64,000 nt of DNA from an uncultured delta proteobacterium (GTDB taxonomy: Bacteria; Desulfobacterota; Syntrophia; Syntrophales; UBA2185), in assembly GCA_963729715.1 (NCBI GenBank), contig CAVSPA010000004.1:160001-224000 (forward strand). The letters are read 5' to 3'. Positions within the stretch are counted from its first letter, which is position 1. Each line of letters starts with the position of its first letter. This document shows positions 20,852 through 31,550 of this stretch, piece by piece. The notes under the pieces were generated by a model. It did not search any database. It was not told the DNA's origin and saw nothing but the letters and a program-made list of their open reading frames with translations. The position numbers and the translations under genes were made by a program.

Positions 20852-22693
20852 ATGAGCTCATTGTATTTGTTGGTTGGCGCTTTATGCACCTTTGCTTTGG
20901 CTTATCGTTATTACGCGGCATTCATCGCAGCCAAGGTGATGATGCTGGATGACCGGAATATCGCACCCTCCATCTCTTGTAATGACGGCCAGAATTTCGT
21001 TCCCACCAACAAGTGGGTTGTCTTCGGCCATCATTTTGCTGCCATCGCGGGAGCGGGACCTTTGATCGGACCGGTTCTGGCCGCGCAGTACGGCTGGGGG
21101 CCCGGTTTTTTCTGGATTCTGCTGGGCAGCGTCTTTGCCGGCTGTGTCCATGATATGATCATTCTCTTTGCCTCATACCGCCACCAGGGCCAGTCTCTGT
21201 CGGTCATCGCCGAAAAGGACGTCAGTAAGCTCACAGGCGGCGTCACCGCGGTCGTAATTCTCTTTATCATCATTGTCGCTCTCGCCGGCTTGGGTGTGGC
21301 CGTGGTCAATGCCCTGTTCAACAACCCTTGGGGCGTCTTCTCAATTGCCATGACGATTCCTATCGCAATGTGCGTCGGCATCTACATGTTCAGGATCAAA
21401 CCCGGGGCAATCCTTTCCGGATCCATCGCCGGGTTTATCTTGGTCTGCGCAGCCGTCTTCGTGGGGCCCTATGTCGCAGACTCCAGTTTTGCCATCTGGT
21501 TTACCTTCAGTAAGAAACAGGTGTCCGTCCTGTTACCCCTCTATGGTTTCCTTGCCGCTGCTATTCCCGTCTGGCTCCTGCTTGCCCCGCGGGACTATCT
21601 CAGCACCTTCATGAAGATCGGCGTCATCGCTGCCCTGGTGATTGGCATGTTCTTCGTGAATCCGTCGATAAAGATGCCCTTCACGACGGAGTTCATGCAC
21701 GGCGCTGGACCCATCATTCCCGGTCCTTGGTGGCCCTATGTGTTTATTACCATAGCCTGCGGTGCCATTTCGGGATTCCATGCCTTAATCGGCTCCGGCA
21801 CGACCCCGAAGATGATCGAACATGAGACGGAAATAAAAATGATCGGCTATGGCGCCATGTTAACGGAAGCTTTGGTCGCCGTAATGGCTCTTCTCTCCGC
21901 CGTCTGCCTCAATCCGAATGACTATTTTGCCATCAATACCTCTGCGGCCGTATATGCGAAATTACAAATGTCCGTCGTTGATTTGCCCATCCTCAATCAG
22001 TTGGTCGGGCTGGACGTCTCTCATCGCCCGGGGGGCGCCATCTCCCTTGCCGTGGGCATGGCCCATATCTTCGCGAATATCGGCGAGGGTCTCCGGCATA
22101 CGATGAAGTACTGGTTCCAGTTCATCATCATGTTCGAGGCTCTGTTCATCCTGACGACCATCGACGCCGGAACCCGCGTGGCCCGGTATATCCTTCAGGA
22201 TATCCTCGGCTATGTCTACAAACCCTTCGGTAAGAAAGACTGGATCCCCGGTTCCATTTTAACCAGCGCCATCGTCTCCCTGTGCTGGGGTTATATGCTC
22301 TACACGGGCGATATCTCGTCCATCTGGCCGATGTTCGGCGCCACGAACCAGGTCCTGGCGTCCTTGGCCCTGGCGATAGGAACCACGGTCATCCTCAGGC
22401 TATGTGCCAAGAAAAGCTACGCTCTGATTACGTTTGTTCCCTGTGTTTTTATCACAATCACCACTTTTGCCGCCGGGATCATGAATTGCCAGACCTACCT
22501 GGCAAAAGATCAGATGTTGAACGCCTGGCTGAGCATTGGGATTCTCATCCTTGTGGTCATAATCATGGTGGAAAACGTCCGAGTGCAGATAAAGCTGCTC
22601 AAGACGGACAAGCCTATCGGCATGAATGTCGACCGTGGCGTGGTTTACTGTCCGGAGATCCCCGCCGGTGCGCCACCCGATGCGAGACCGTAA
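20852..22693 (+). CDS. cstA: Carbon starvation protein A family (peptide/pyruvate) transporter
   Basis: GHHFAAIAGAGPLIGP, PRDYLSTF, ITIACGAISGFH, FILTTIDAGTR, IWPMFG. Confidence 0.93.
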   Translation: MSSLYLLVGALCTFALAYRYYAAFIAAKVMMLDDRNIAPSISCNDGQNFVPTNKWVVFGHHFAAIAGAGPLIGPVLAAQYGWGPGFFWILLGSVFAGCVHDMIILFASYRHQGQSLSVIAEKDVSKLTGGVTAVVILFIIIVALAGLGVAVVNALFNNPWGVFSIAMTIPIAMCVGIYMFRIKPGAILSGSIAGFILVCAAVFVGPYVADSSFAIWFTFSKKQVSVLLPLYGFLAAAIPVWLLLAPRDYLSTFMKIGVIAALVIGMFFVNPSIKMPFTTEFMHGAGPIIPGPWWPYVFITIACGAISGFHALIGSGTTPKMIEHETEIKMIGYGAMLTEALVAVMALLSAVCLNPNDYFAINTSAAVYAKLQMSVVDLPILNQLVGLDVSHRPGGAISLAVGMAHIFANIGEGLRHTMKYWFQFIIMFEALFILTTIDAGTRVARYILQDILGYVYKPFGKKDWIPGSILTSAIVSLCWGYMLYTGDISSIWPMFGATNQVLASLALAIGTTVILRLCAKKSYALITFVPCVFITITTFAAGIMNCQTYLAKDQMLNAWLSIGILILVVIIMVENVRVQIKLLKTDKPIGMNVDRGVVYCPEIPAGAPPDARP

Positions 22694-22716
22694 TTTCAAA
22701 AATAATGACTTCAAAA

Positions 22717-22744
22717 GAAGGGAGGATCCAAGGATCCTCCCTTC
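22717..22744. terminator. Perfect 13-bp inverted repeat between cstA and the next gene (terminator or mRNA stabiliser)
   Basis: GAAGGGAGGATCC-AA-GGATCCTCCCTTC; weak U tract. Confidence 0.55.
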
Positions 22745-22760
22745 GCTATTTAAAAAAATT

Positions 22761-23045
22761 ATGATTGCGGTTTCCGACAAAGTCCGTGACTACCTTTTAA
22801 AAAAAAGTGGGGCTCTCCACCTTTTTAACATGCGTCCTATTAGTGTGTGTTGAGGGCGAATCAATTTTTGCCCCTCCGTGCGAGCGGGCAAGCCGAAAAA
22901 TATCAACTACTATGAGGTTCAGATTATCAACAAAATCTATGTTTACCTGCCGCAGGATTTCTTGTCGCCTTACCCGCTCACAATTGAACTACAGAACTGC
23001 CTGGGCATCAAAATGCTGCATCTCGCGGGCTGGAAACTCATCTGA
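22761..23045 (+). CDS. Putative small selenoprotein (Cys-Sec motif; CC/Se-motif-like family), 94 aa with TGA 22851-22853 read as Sec
   Basis: MIAVSDKVRDYLLKKSGALHLFNMRPISVC-TGA-GRINFCPSVRAGKP...HLAGWKLI; frame stays open 63 codons past TGA; SECIS-like hairpin 22868-22891. Confidence 0.78.
22868..22891 (+). promoter_or_regulatory. Candidate bacterial SECIS element
   Basis: TTGCCC-CTC / loop CGTGC / GAG-C-GGGCAA, loop 23 nt downstream of the TGA with GU at its 5' side. Confidence 0.6.
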
Positions 23046-23208
23046 TTTTTACACCTGCTCATGTCCATACCGTGAAAGGCTGAAAGGAATATGAAATACT
23101 CTCAGTTTCTCAAGTCGTTGGAGATTCTCTCCGACTGATTGACCAGTAAATATTCTTTCTTGGCTCTAATGCGTGGTGGTTCGATTATGGGCCATCCGCT
23201 TCGGAAGC

Positions 23209-23700
23209 ATCAAAATTTTGGTACTGAAGTGCGGCAGTTCGCCTATGAAATATTCGCTCTTTGACACCTTCCAGAAAGTCAATACCGCACGGCCAAACGG
23301 AAAAGATGATCAAAGAAACACTAAGACGATGAAAGGCGCATTTGAGTTAATGCTTGACACGGTGACCGATCCGGCTGGCCTGGCCATCAGCAAACTGAGT
23401 GACCTCAATGCAATTAGCCACCGGCTTGTTCACGGTGGCGCGGCCCCTGTGAATACGGTGCCTACCAACGAAAACATCATCAAGTCGATCTGTGCGTTCT
23501 GCGACCTGGCGCCGCTGCATAACCCGTACAACTTGGCGGGCATTGAGCTAATGCGGTGACTTCTACCTTCCATTCTGCAGGTGGCTGTTTTTGACACTGC
23601 CTTTCACCAGGCGATGCCCATTCATGCTTGTACCTAAGCCATTTCGGATGAGCTCTGTGAAAAAGAACAGGTTCGTCGTTATGAGTTCCACGGTACCAGA
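23209..23700 (+). pseudogene. ackA: Acetate kinase remnant (N-terminal half, two in-frame stops)
   Basis: KILVLKCGSS, HRLVHGG, LAPLHNP, VAVFDTAFHQ, RRYEFHGT; stops at 23557 (TGA) and 23635 (TAA). Confidence 0.85.
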
Positions 23701-23747
23701 AACATGGCTGCATTAAGGACGGTACAAATGGCGGAACTCTAACTCTG

Positions 23748-23948
23748 CATGTGGTAAATGTTCTGGGGCAGGTCAAGGTGGGTCCGGATGCCGTAGAGTT
23801 TGTACGCAATCGCGTGCAGCTGCAGGATGAACATATGGCGGAGATATGGCAGATTTTTGGATACAGAGTGAGAGGTGTCTTGCCGCTTTTTGAGACGGAA
23901 GTGAGAGGCGCGAAGATGCTTACCAGATTGACGGAGCACCCTTTTGCG
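23748..23948 (+). pseudogene. C-terminal fragment of an ArsA/GET3-family ATPase
   Basis: VVN...EFVRNRVQLQDEHMAEIW...VLPLFETEVRG resembles ArsA C-termini; no P-loop upstream. Confidence 0.6.
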
Positions 23949-23967
23949 TCTTTAAATGTGCCGATAT

Positions 23968-24954
23968 TTACAAGCGTCGATGCGATAGAATATCAGGATT
24001 GACGAGGTTGGGAGGGACTTTGCCGCTCAGGCCGGCGATGAGATTTTCTACTGCCATCTTGGCCATCCTGAAACGCGTTTCTAGTGTCCCGCTCCCCACG
24101 TGAGGGAGCAGGATAACATTATCCAATTCCGCCAGACCGGGTGTGAGGGCAGGTTCATTTTCATAGACATCCAGACCGGCGCCGCCTATCTTCTTTTTTT
24201 TCAGCGCCTGAAGGAGAGCCTTTTCATCTACAACGGGACCTCTCGATGTGTTAATCAGATAAGCCGTAGGTTTCATCAGCGACAATTCTTTGCTGCCGAC
24301 AAGATGCCTCGTCTGATCAGAGAGAGGGACGTGAAGGGATATGAAGTCCGATTGCGAAAGCAATGTTTTCATATCCACGTATTTTGCCATGAGTTCCTTT
24401 TCTTCGGATCTGCTCATCCTGCTGCGGTTGTGATAGAGGATGGGCATACGGAAACACTTCGCCCTTTGCGCCACGGCCTTGCCAATTTTTCCCATACCAA
24501 TGACCCCGAGTGTCTTACCCGTAACTTCACGACCGAGAAAGAGCATAGGCGCCCAGTATCGGAAACGTCCTTCCCTGGTCATCCTATCACCTTCCACGAG
24601 CCTCCGGGAGATGCCCAGGATCAATGCAAAGGCGAGTTCCGCAGTCGCATCTGTAAGCACACCGGGCGTGTTTGAGACAGGTATTCCCCGTCTCGTGGCT
24701 GCTGTCACATCTATATTATTGTAACCAACGCCAAATTGGGCGATCATTTTTAAATGATCGGCCCCGTCAAGTACCTCCTCATCGACAGTATCCGTTATCA
24801 TGGAGAGAAGGCCCTCTTTATCTTTGATCCCATCAAGAAGTTTTTGCCTCGCGAAAGGCTTGTCTTCAATATTTATATCGGCCTCATATTTCGTCGCGAG
24901 GCCCGTCATGATATCTTGCGGGAGGTGTCCTGTGACCAGTATTCGTTTCTTCAT
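23968..24954 (-). CDS. D-isomer 2-hydroxyacid dehydrogenase (glyoxylate reductase/D-glycerate dehydrogenase)
   Basis: GVGYNNID, NTPGVLTDATAE, GMGKIG, INTSRGPVVDE, GLDVYENEP, PHVGS. Confidence 0.9.
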   Translation of the reverse strand: MKKRILVTGHLPQDIMTGLATKYEADINIEDKPFARQKLLDGIKDKEGLLSMITDTVDEEVLDGADHLKMIAQFGVGYNNIDVTAATRRGIPVSNTPGVLTDATAELAFALILGISRRLVEGDRMTREGRFRYWAPMLFLGREVTGKTLGVIGMGKIGKAVAQRAKCFRMPILYHNRSRMSRSEEKELMAKYVDMKTLLSQSDFISLHVPLSDQTRHLVGSKELSLMKPTAYLINTSRGPVVDEKALLQALKKKKIGGAGLDVYENEPALTPGLAELDNVILLPHVGSGTLETRFRMAKMAVENLIAGLSGKVPPNLVNPDILSHRRL

Positions 24955-25146
24955 CACTGCCTCAATAATTAATGATTTGATTTTGTGAAAGACACTCTAG
25001 GGGTTTATACACTATTTCTGCATCTTGCGAAAGCATGATTTGTCGTGGGATGGCGGAGCCGTCATGGGAGGGAGCTTGATTTAAACGATAAAATATGACA
25101 GTCTGAATAAGAATAATACGGAAGTAACAGGCAGGCTTTTAGATAT

Positions 25147-26508
25147 ATGGACTACCGGGTTATAATAGTAGGCTGCGGCCCGGCGGGTATATTTACCGCG
25201 CTGACGCTTATGGAAAACGGCATCGATGGCGTAGTCCTCCTTGACCAGGGCAACGATCTCGAAAAACGTGAACGGGGTGCGGTGAGAGACGTGCTCTGCG
25301 GATGGGGAGGGGCCGGTGCCTTCAGCGACGGCAAGCTCAACATCTCTACGGAGGTAGGGGGATACCTGTCCGAGTTTCTCGAAAAGAACGCATTAACGGA
25401 GCTCCTGCACGGTACGGACGGGATTTTTGTCAAATATGGTGCGCCGAACCGCATCTTCGGCGAATCAGTCATATCGGTCGAGGAAATCGCTGATCAAGCC
25501 CGTGCGGCGGACCTGGAATTTATTCCTACGGTTATCCGCCATATAGGCACGGAGAACTGCAAGCGCATTTTAAATAACATGCGAAAAGCCTTCGACGGTA
25601 AAGTCGAAGTCAGGACATGCAGCCAGGTGCAATCATTGCACGCAGAAGAGGGAGCAATCAGAGGTGTGAAACTCGCCGGTGGCGAGATGATAAAGAGTGA
25701 TTTCGTTGTTGTTGCCCCCGGGAGGGTGGGCGCCAACTGGATGAAGGGAGAGGCAGATGCGTTGGGACTTACGACAATGACGAGTCCTGTAGACATCGGC
25801 GTCCGTGTAGAGTTGCCGGCGACGATTCTCAAGAGAATTACGGACATCACCTATGAGCCCAAGCTGATTTTCTATTCAAAAACATTTGATGACAAGGTCC
25901 GCACCTTTTGTATGAATCCCTACGGAGAGGTCGTGATTGAGGAAAGCGAGGGCATCACTACCGTAAATGGGCACAGCTATGCCAGAAGAAGGAGTGACAA
26001 CAGCAATTTTGCCATTCTCGTAAGCAGTACCTTTACGGAACCTTTTCGTGATCCCATAGCATACGGCCGTTACATTGCGAGACTGGCAAACCTCCTGGGA
26101 GGCGGTGCGATAATTCAGAGGCTGGGAGACCTGCTCGCCGGTAGGAGATCCACGCGGGAGCGGATTGACCACTGTGTCACAAGACCTACACTCCTTAAGG
26201 CCACGCCGGGTGACCTGAGTTTCGTATTTCCGTATCGTCATTTGCAGAGCATTATCGAGATGCTTCAGGCTCTCGATAAGCTTGCTCCGGGAGTTTTTTC
26301 TCGGCACACGCTACTGTATGGGGTGGAGGTTAAATTTTATTCGAATCGTATCGAAGTATCGCCGGAAATGGAAACAAGGGTCAAAAATCTTTTTGCCATC
26401 GGTGATGGAGCCGGGATCACGAGGGGCTTATTGCAGGCAGCGGCGAGCGGCGTATTGGCGGCGAGGGCTATTTCGGGGCGAATATCGAGGATTAGTCCCG
26501 GCAAATAA
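25147..26508 (+). CDS. Uncharacterised FAD-dependent oxidoreductase
   Basis: IVGCGPAG, GGAGAFSDGKL, VDIGVRVE, RTFCMNP, GDGAGITRG. Confidence 0.85.
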   Translation: MDYRVIIVGCGPAGIFTALTLMENGIDGVVLLDQGNDLEKRERGAVRDVLCGWGGAGAFSDGKLNISTEVGGYLSEFLEKNALTELLHGTDGIFVKYGAPNRIFGESVISVEEIADQARAADLEFIPTVIRHIGTENCKRILNNMRKAFDGKVEVRTCSQVQSLHAEEGAIRGVKLAGGEMIKSDFVVVAPGRVGANWMKGEADALGLTTMTSPVDIGVRVELPATILKRITDITYEPKLIFYSKTFDDKVRTFCMNPYGEVVIEESEGITTVNGHSYARRRSDNSNFAILVSSTFTEPFRDPIAYGRYIARLANLLGGGAIIQRLGDLLAGRRSTRERIDHCVTRPTLLKATPGDLSFVFPYRHLQSIIEMLQALDKLAPGVFSRHTLLYGVEVKFYSNRIEVSPEMETRVKNLFAIGDGAGITRGLLQAAASGVLAARAISGRISRISPGK

Positions 26509-26509
26509 G

Positions 26510-26562
26510 ATTGAATTCGGTAGCGAGCGCATTCCCCGTAGCTTGCTGTGGAGAGCTTCAAT
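26510..26562. repeat. REP-like palindromic element (IS200/IS605-end-like)
   Basis: TTGAA...TTCAA-flanked unit containing CCCCGTAGCTTGCTGTGGAG hairpin. Confidence 0.5.
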
Positions 26563-26626
26563 TGCGTGTTTCAGTCAGTACATTTCCGCCGTGTGCATGG
26601 CTAATTTTCCCTAATCAGGAGGCGAA

Positions 26627-28138
26627 ATGAAGATTGTTGTTAAGAGAGGAGAGATTACCGGGTTCAGAACAGAGGCGGCGATTGTGCCTTGCTTTGAAGG
26701 TGGAGGAGAACTTCAGGGTAAAGTGCGGCTTCTCGATAAGAAGAGCGGCGGATTGATAAGAGAGATAATCGGCGCGGGCGATTTTGAAGGCAAGCATCTT
26801 CAGGTATCCGTGACATATACAGGAGGAATCATACCTGCAAAGCGCATTGTCCTCGTAGGTGTCGGTAAAAAAGTGGATTTTACTACGGATAAATTGAGGG
26901 GCGCCTTCGCGATAGCGGCCCGGTACGTAAGATCACTCAAGATTAAAGAGTGTTCCACATCCCTGGATTTCATATTTCTCAATAAACCGCTTGCTGAGGT
27001 AGCCAAGGCTCTTGTAGAGGGTGTCTCCCTGGGCCTTTACCAATATACATCCTTTAAGACGATCGACAGGGATAAGATAGGAGCGGTGAGAGAATTTGCA
27101 ATAATCGAGGAAAAGGAAAAGGCGTATGAAATTGTCAAAGCTGCAGCGAAGGAGGGGGAGATTATCTCATGCGCCGTATCCTTCGCGAGGGACATGGTCT
27201 CCGCACCGGGAAACGAAATGACGCCGACGGACATGGCTCGTGAAGCACGTAAGATCGCCAAGAGAAAAAATGTTAACCTGAGGGTGCTCGATGAGAAGGA
27301 AATGAATAAGATCGGCATGAGCGCCTTTTTGGGCGTTGCCAAGGGAAGCGAAGAGCCGGCGAAGTTCATCATCCTTGACTACCGGGGAGGTAACAAGTCT
27401 GATCCGCCCGTTGCTCTGGTCGGCAAGGGATTGACCTTCGACAGCGGCGGCATATCAATAAAGCCATCGGAGAAGATGGACGAGATGAAATCCGACATGG
27501 CAGGGGGCGCTGCGGTCATGGGCGCCATAATGGCGGCGGCGGATTTGCGTCTCAAAGTCAATGTTGTTGGCCTGGTACCGGCTACGGAAAACCTCCCTGG
27601 CGGAAGGGCGTATAAGCCAGGCGATATTCTAAAATCATTGTCGGGTCAGACTATTGAAGTCTTAAGCACGGACGCAGAAGGCCGCCTGATTCTGGCCGAT
27701 GCGCTCACGTATGCGGGAAAGTTCAAGCCGGCGGCTATTATTGATCTTGCCACATTGACCGGTGCCTGCGTTATTGCCCTAGGCGATCACGTGACGGGAA
27801 TGATGGGAACGGATAAGGGGCTCATGCGTAAGATCCGGAATGCGGCAGATGCCACAGACGAGAAGGTCTGGGAGCTCCCTCTATGGGAAGATTATCATGA
27901 AATGATAAAGAGTGATGTTGCGGATTACAAAAATCATGGCGGCAGACCCGGCGGGGCAATAACAGCCGCTGCATTTCTAAGCAAGTTCGTAGGCAACTAC
28001 CCGTGGGTGCATTTAGATATAGCAGGTCCGGCATGGCTTACGAAAGACAAACCCTATATCCCCAAAGGGGCTTCCGGTGTTGGTGTCCGTTTGATGGTGC
28101 AATTCCTGAAAGACTGGCAGAAACGGAGCAAGAGTTGA
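26627..28138 (+). CDS. pepA: Leucyl aminopeptidase (M17)
   Basis: VGKGLTFDSGG, MKSDMAG, TDAEGRL, DLATLTGAC, WVHLDIAG. Confidence 0.95.
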   Translation: MKIVVKRGEITGFRTEAAIVPCFEGGGELQGKVRLLDKKSGGLIREIIGAGDFEGKHLQVSVTYTGGIIPAKRIVLVGVGKKVDFTTDKLRGAFAIAARYVRSLKIKECSTSLDFIFLNKPLAEVAKALVEGVSLGLYQYTSFKTIDRDKIGAVREFAIIEEKEKAYEIVKAAAKEGEIISCAVSFARDMVSAPGNEMTPTDMAREARKIAKRKNVNLRVLDEKEMNKIGMSAFLGVAKGSEEPAKFIILDYRGGNKSDPPVALVGKGLTFDSGGISIKPSEKMDEMKSDMAGGAAVMGAIMAAADLRLKVNVVGLVPATENLPGGRAYKPGDILKSLSGQTIEVLSTDAEGRLILADALTYAGKFKPAAIIDLATLTGACVIALGDHVTGMMGTDKGLMRKIRNAADATDEKVWELPLWEDYHEMIKSDVADYKNHGGRPGGAITAAAFLSKFVGNYPWVHLDIAGPAWLTKDKPYIPKGASGVGVRLMVQFLKDWQKRSKS

Positions 28139-28144
28139 CGACGT

Positions 28145-29125
28145 ATGGGGATGCTTCTTGAAATCAAAAACCTCAGTACCCATTTTCATACAGACTTTGG
28201 CATAATAAAAGCTGTTGATCGTGTCGATCTTGCTATAGATGAGGGGGACACACTGGGGATCGTCGGTGAGTCCGGTTGTGGAAAAACCGTGCTTGCCCTG
28301 TCTATTATGCGGTTGATCCCTGACCCACCCGGCAAGATCGTCTCCGGCAATGTCTTCTTTAATGGCGTGGATCTACTAAAGCTCGATAGTGCAGAGATGC
28401 GCAGGATCAGGGGCAAGGATATCTCTATGGTTTTCCAGGAGCCAATGACGTCACTGAATCCTGTCTTGCGTATTGGCGATCAGATCACAGAGATTATAAG
28501 GCTGCATTTGGGGCTGGGAGGGAAAGAGGCCGTGGGCCGTGCCGTGGAAATGCTCTCGCTTGTGGGGATGCCTTCACCGGAGACAGTCGTCAGGAATTAC
28601 CCCCATCAGATGAGTGGCGGCATGCGTCAGAGGGTCATGATAGCCATGGCGCTATGCTGCGGTCCCAAGCTTATGCTTGCAGATGAACCGACAACGGCCC
28701 TTGATGTGACTATCCAGGCCCAGATTCTGGAACTGATAGGAAAGTTGAAACAAGACATAGGAACGTCGGTAATTCTGATTACGCATGATCTGGGCGTAAT
28801 AGCCGAAGCGGCAGAGCATGTGGCCGTAATGTACACCGGACAGGTTGTTGAATACGCCTCCGTCGAGAACCTCTTCTCAGCGCCGCTCCACCCGTATACA
28901 GTGGGTCTCATGGAATCGATTCCGAAAATTGACGCTCCTTGGGGACGGGATACATATCTGAAAGTGATACCCGGCGTTGTTCCCAGTCTTCATAATCTTC
29001 CTCAAGGATGCACATTTCAGGACAGATGTTCCCATACAATGCAAATTTGCAGGGAGGAGGAGCCGCGCTTGAAGGAACATTTGCCGAGACACAGGGTCCA
29101 CTGCTGGCTTTATGAAAAAAAATGA
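28145..29125 (+). CDS. oppD: Oligopeptide/dipeptide ABC ATP-binding protein (OppD/DppD)
   Basis: [36 protein letters not shown]-terminal Cys domain. Confidence 0.88.
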   Translation: MGMLLEIKNLSTHFHTDFGIIKAVDRVDLAIDEGDTLGIVGESGCGKTVLALSIMRLIPDPPGKIVSGNVFFNGVDLLKLDSAEMRRIRGKDISMVFQEPMTSLNPVLRIGDQITEIIRLHLGLGGKEAVGRAVEMLSLVGMPSPETVVRNYPHQMSGGMRQRVMIAMALCCGPKLMLADEPTTALDVTIQAQILELIGKLKQDIGTSVILITHDLGVIAEAAEHVAVMYTGQVVEYASVENLFSAPLHPYTVGLMESIPKIDAPWGRDTYLKVIPGVVPSLHNLPQGCTFQDRCSHTMQICREEEPRLKEHLPRHRVHCWLYEKK

Positions 29126-30096
29126 TGATGGTCTTGGTCGATATTCAGGGAATAAAAAAATACTATAACGCCCGAGCCGAATTCATCGCGAAAGAACGGG
29201 CCTCCGTCAAGGCTGTTGACGGCGTGTCCCTCCAGATATACAGTGGCGAAACTCTGGGGCTTGTGGGCGAGAGCGGTTGCGGGAAATCCACGCTCGCGCG
29301 GCTGATTCTGAGGCTCGATCTGCCTACGGAGGGCAGGATATTCTTTGGTGGTGAAGACATCTTCAAATTAGCCGGCAAAGATCTGAAAGCCTACCGCAAG
29401 AAGGTTCAAATTATATTTCAGGATCCATACGCATCTCTGAATCCCCGAAGAACGGCGGGGAGCACCATCGGGGAACCACTCTTCATCAATCAGATCGATG
29501 ATCGTGAGGGAAGAGCTCTTGAGGTCGCCCGCATTATGGACATCGTCGGTTTGACAAGGGAGCAGAGGGATAGATATCCTCATGAATTCAGCGGCGGTCA
29601 AAGACAGCGTATCGGTATCGCCAGGGCCATTATTCTGAAACCACAATTGATCGTTGCCGATGAGCCGGTTTCCGCACTGGATGTGTCGATCCAGGCTCAG
29701 ATCTTGAACCTTCTCAAAGATCTGCAGAAAGAATTTAATTTGACCTACATATTTATTTCGCACGATCTTAGTGTGGTAAGGCATGTGAGCGACAGAATTG
29801 CGGTGATGCATTTCGGTAAGATCGTTGAACTGGCAGATAACCACGAACTCTATGAGCATCCTCTGCATCCGTATACTGTGGAACTTCTGTCAGCTGTGCC
29901 CGCGCCTGATCCCGGAAGGAAGAAGCGGTCGATGCGGGAGAGAGGGGCCACAGGCGCGCCCAACGGTCAAGGAAGATGTCCATTTCATCCCCGGTGCCCC
30001 GCGAGGATTGAGATATGTGAGAAGGACGAGCCGAAATTGATAGACAGGGGCGGCGGACACTTCGTGGCATGTCATACGGGCCATAGGGAAGGATAA
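29122..30096 (+). CDS. oppF: Oligopeptide/dipeptide ABC ATP-binding protein (OppF/DppF)
   Basis: [35 protein letters not shown]. Confidence 0.88.
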   Translation: MMMVLVDIQGIKKYYNARAEFIAKERASVKAVDGVSLQIYSGETLGLVGESGCGKSTLARLILRLDLPTEGRIFFGGEDIFKLAGKDLKAYRKKVQIIFQDPYASLNPRRTAGSTIGEPLFINQIDDREGRALEVARIMDIVGLTREQRDRYPHEFSGGQRQRIGIARAIILKPQLIVADEPVSALDVSIQAQILNLLKDLQKEFNLTYIFISHDLSVVRHVSDRIAVMHFGKIVELADNHELYEHPLHPYTVELLSAVPAPDPGRKKRSMRERGATGAPNGQGRCPFHPRCPARIEICEKDEPKLIDRGGGHFVACHTGHREG

Positions 30097-30200
30097 GCCG
30101 CATCCATTATCAGTTACGATCGTGAATCATCGGCTTGTGACTATTGAAGGACTCTATGCACATTGGATGAGAATGGGAACGAGTTATAATCAGCAGAATG

Positions 30201-31550
30201 TCAAATCTTTTCTTCAATCATCCGGAATTCTCTTCTCTTCCAGAATAAGATGATAAAGAAAACAAGCAGATTTGAGATGGGTTGCGCCGCCCATACGCCC
30301 GCTAATCCGAAGTATGCCGGAAGAAAAAATAGCATGGGTATAAGAAGCAGGGTGTCGCGCGTCATCAATAAAAGCATGGATGTTAAACCCTTGCCCAAGC
30401 CGATAAACATATTGATCCACACAAGATTAGGACCGACCAAGAGGAGCATGGTGGCAAATATCCTCACGGCGGGCACGGCAATGTCCAAAAGTTCCCGGTC
30501 ATTGGTGAAAAGAAGCAGAATAGGGTAGGCAAATACTTCGAGAACCACAAAGGCCGTCAGGGAGAAAAGAACAGATATTTTGACGGCGACATTAACGGTT
30601 TCCATAAGCCGTTTATGGAGACCGGCGCCTTCGCTGAAGCCAACCATCGGCATTATGCCGTGTCCCATGCCAAACAATACCATGATAACAAGCTGATTGA
30701 TCCGGAAACAGAGACCAAGGGCTGCAATGGCCATGGATCCGAAGGCTCCCAAGACATGGTTGTAAACTATCATGACGAGACTGAAGACGAAGTTCATGAT
30801 AACTGACGGAAACCCCGTCTGATAGATGGAGGCTATTATGGAAAAATTCGGAATCATGTGCGACCAGCTTAAATTATATCTGGATGCATTCAATCTCAGA
30901 TAATAGAGAGAGAGAAGACTCGCCAGAAAATATGAGACGACTGTGGAAATTGCAGCACCCAGAATGCCCAGCGTCGGAAACAAGCCCAGACCAAAGATGA
31001 GAAAGGGATCGAGGATCGCGCCGGTCAATGACATGACCAGTATGACATACATTGACGCCTTGGGATTTCCCTCTGCTCTAAGCAGGTTATTGGAAATCAT
31101 CAGGAACAGCAAAAAGGGTGAACCAAATACGACAGTGGCGAGGTATTGCCTCGACAGGGGAAGAATATCTCCGGTGGCGCCGAAAATTTCCAGTATTTTA
31201 TCCTGATAAATAAGTGTAGTTATGATGATGATCAATCCGAGTAAGACGGAGAGAAGTATTCCCTGACCGGCGGTTTGACAGGCCTTCGTATGCTGTCCAG
31301 CACCGAACATGCGCGCGGCAAACGAACCGGCGCCGACACCCGTACCGACGCCGATGGCGCCAAATATTATTTGAATGGGGAAACACACGGTTAATGCAGC
31401 AACAGCCTGGGGGTCAAACCGGGTGAGCCAGAAGGTATCGACAAGATTGTAGAGGGCCATCGCAAACATTGCGGCTATGGAGGGCCAGCTCATCTTCAGA
31501 AGCAGCGGCAGAATAGGACCTTTGGCGAGGTCAAGACCATTGCTTTTCAT
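30201..31550 (-). CDS. MATE-family efflux transporter
   Basis: LYNLVDTFW, LRAEGN, ILDPFLIFG, many TM segments. Confidence 0.9.
   Translation of the reverse strand: MKSNGLDLAKGPILPLLLKMSWPSIAAMFAMALYNLVDTFWLTRFDPQAVAALTVCFPIQIIFGAIGVGTGVGAGSFAARMFGAGQHTKACQTAGQGILLSVLLGLIIIITTLIYQDKILEIFGATGDILPLSRQYLATVVFGSPFLLFLMISNNLLRAEGNPKASMYVILVMSLTGAILDPFLIFGLGLFPTLGILGAAISTVVSYFLASLLSLYYLRLNASRYNLSWSHMIPNFSIIASIYQTGFPSVIMNFVFSLVMIVYNHVLGAFGSMAIAALGLCFRINQLVIMVLFGMGHGIMPMVGFSEGAGLHKRLMETVNVAVKISVLFSLTAFVVLEVFAYPILLLFTNDRELLDIAVPAVRIFATMLLLVGPNLVWINMFIGLGKGLTSMLLLMTRDTLLLIPMLFFLPAYFGLAGVWAAQPISNLLVFFIILFWKRREFRMIEEKI

Noticed and set aside
22807..23094. 95-aa ORF from the track
   Set aside because: It overlaps the better-supported Cys-Sec frame and has no recognisable motifs.
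23557..23559. TGA in the ackA-like frame as Sec
   Set aside because: A TAA follows in the same frame, conserved motifs are degraded and the gene is truncated, so it is a pseudogene.
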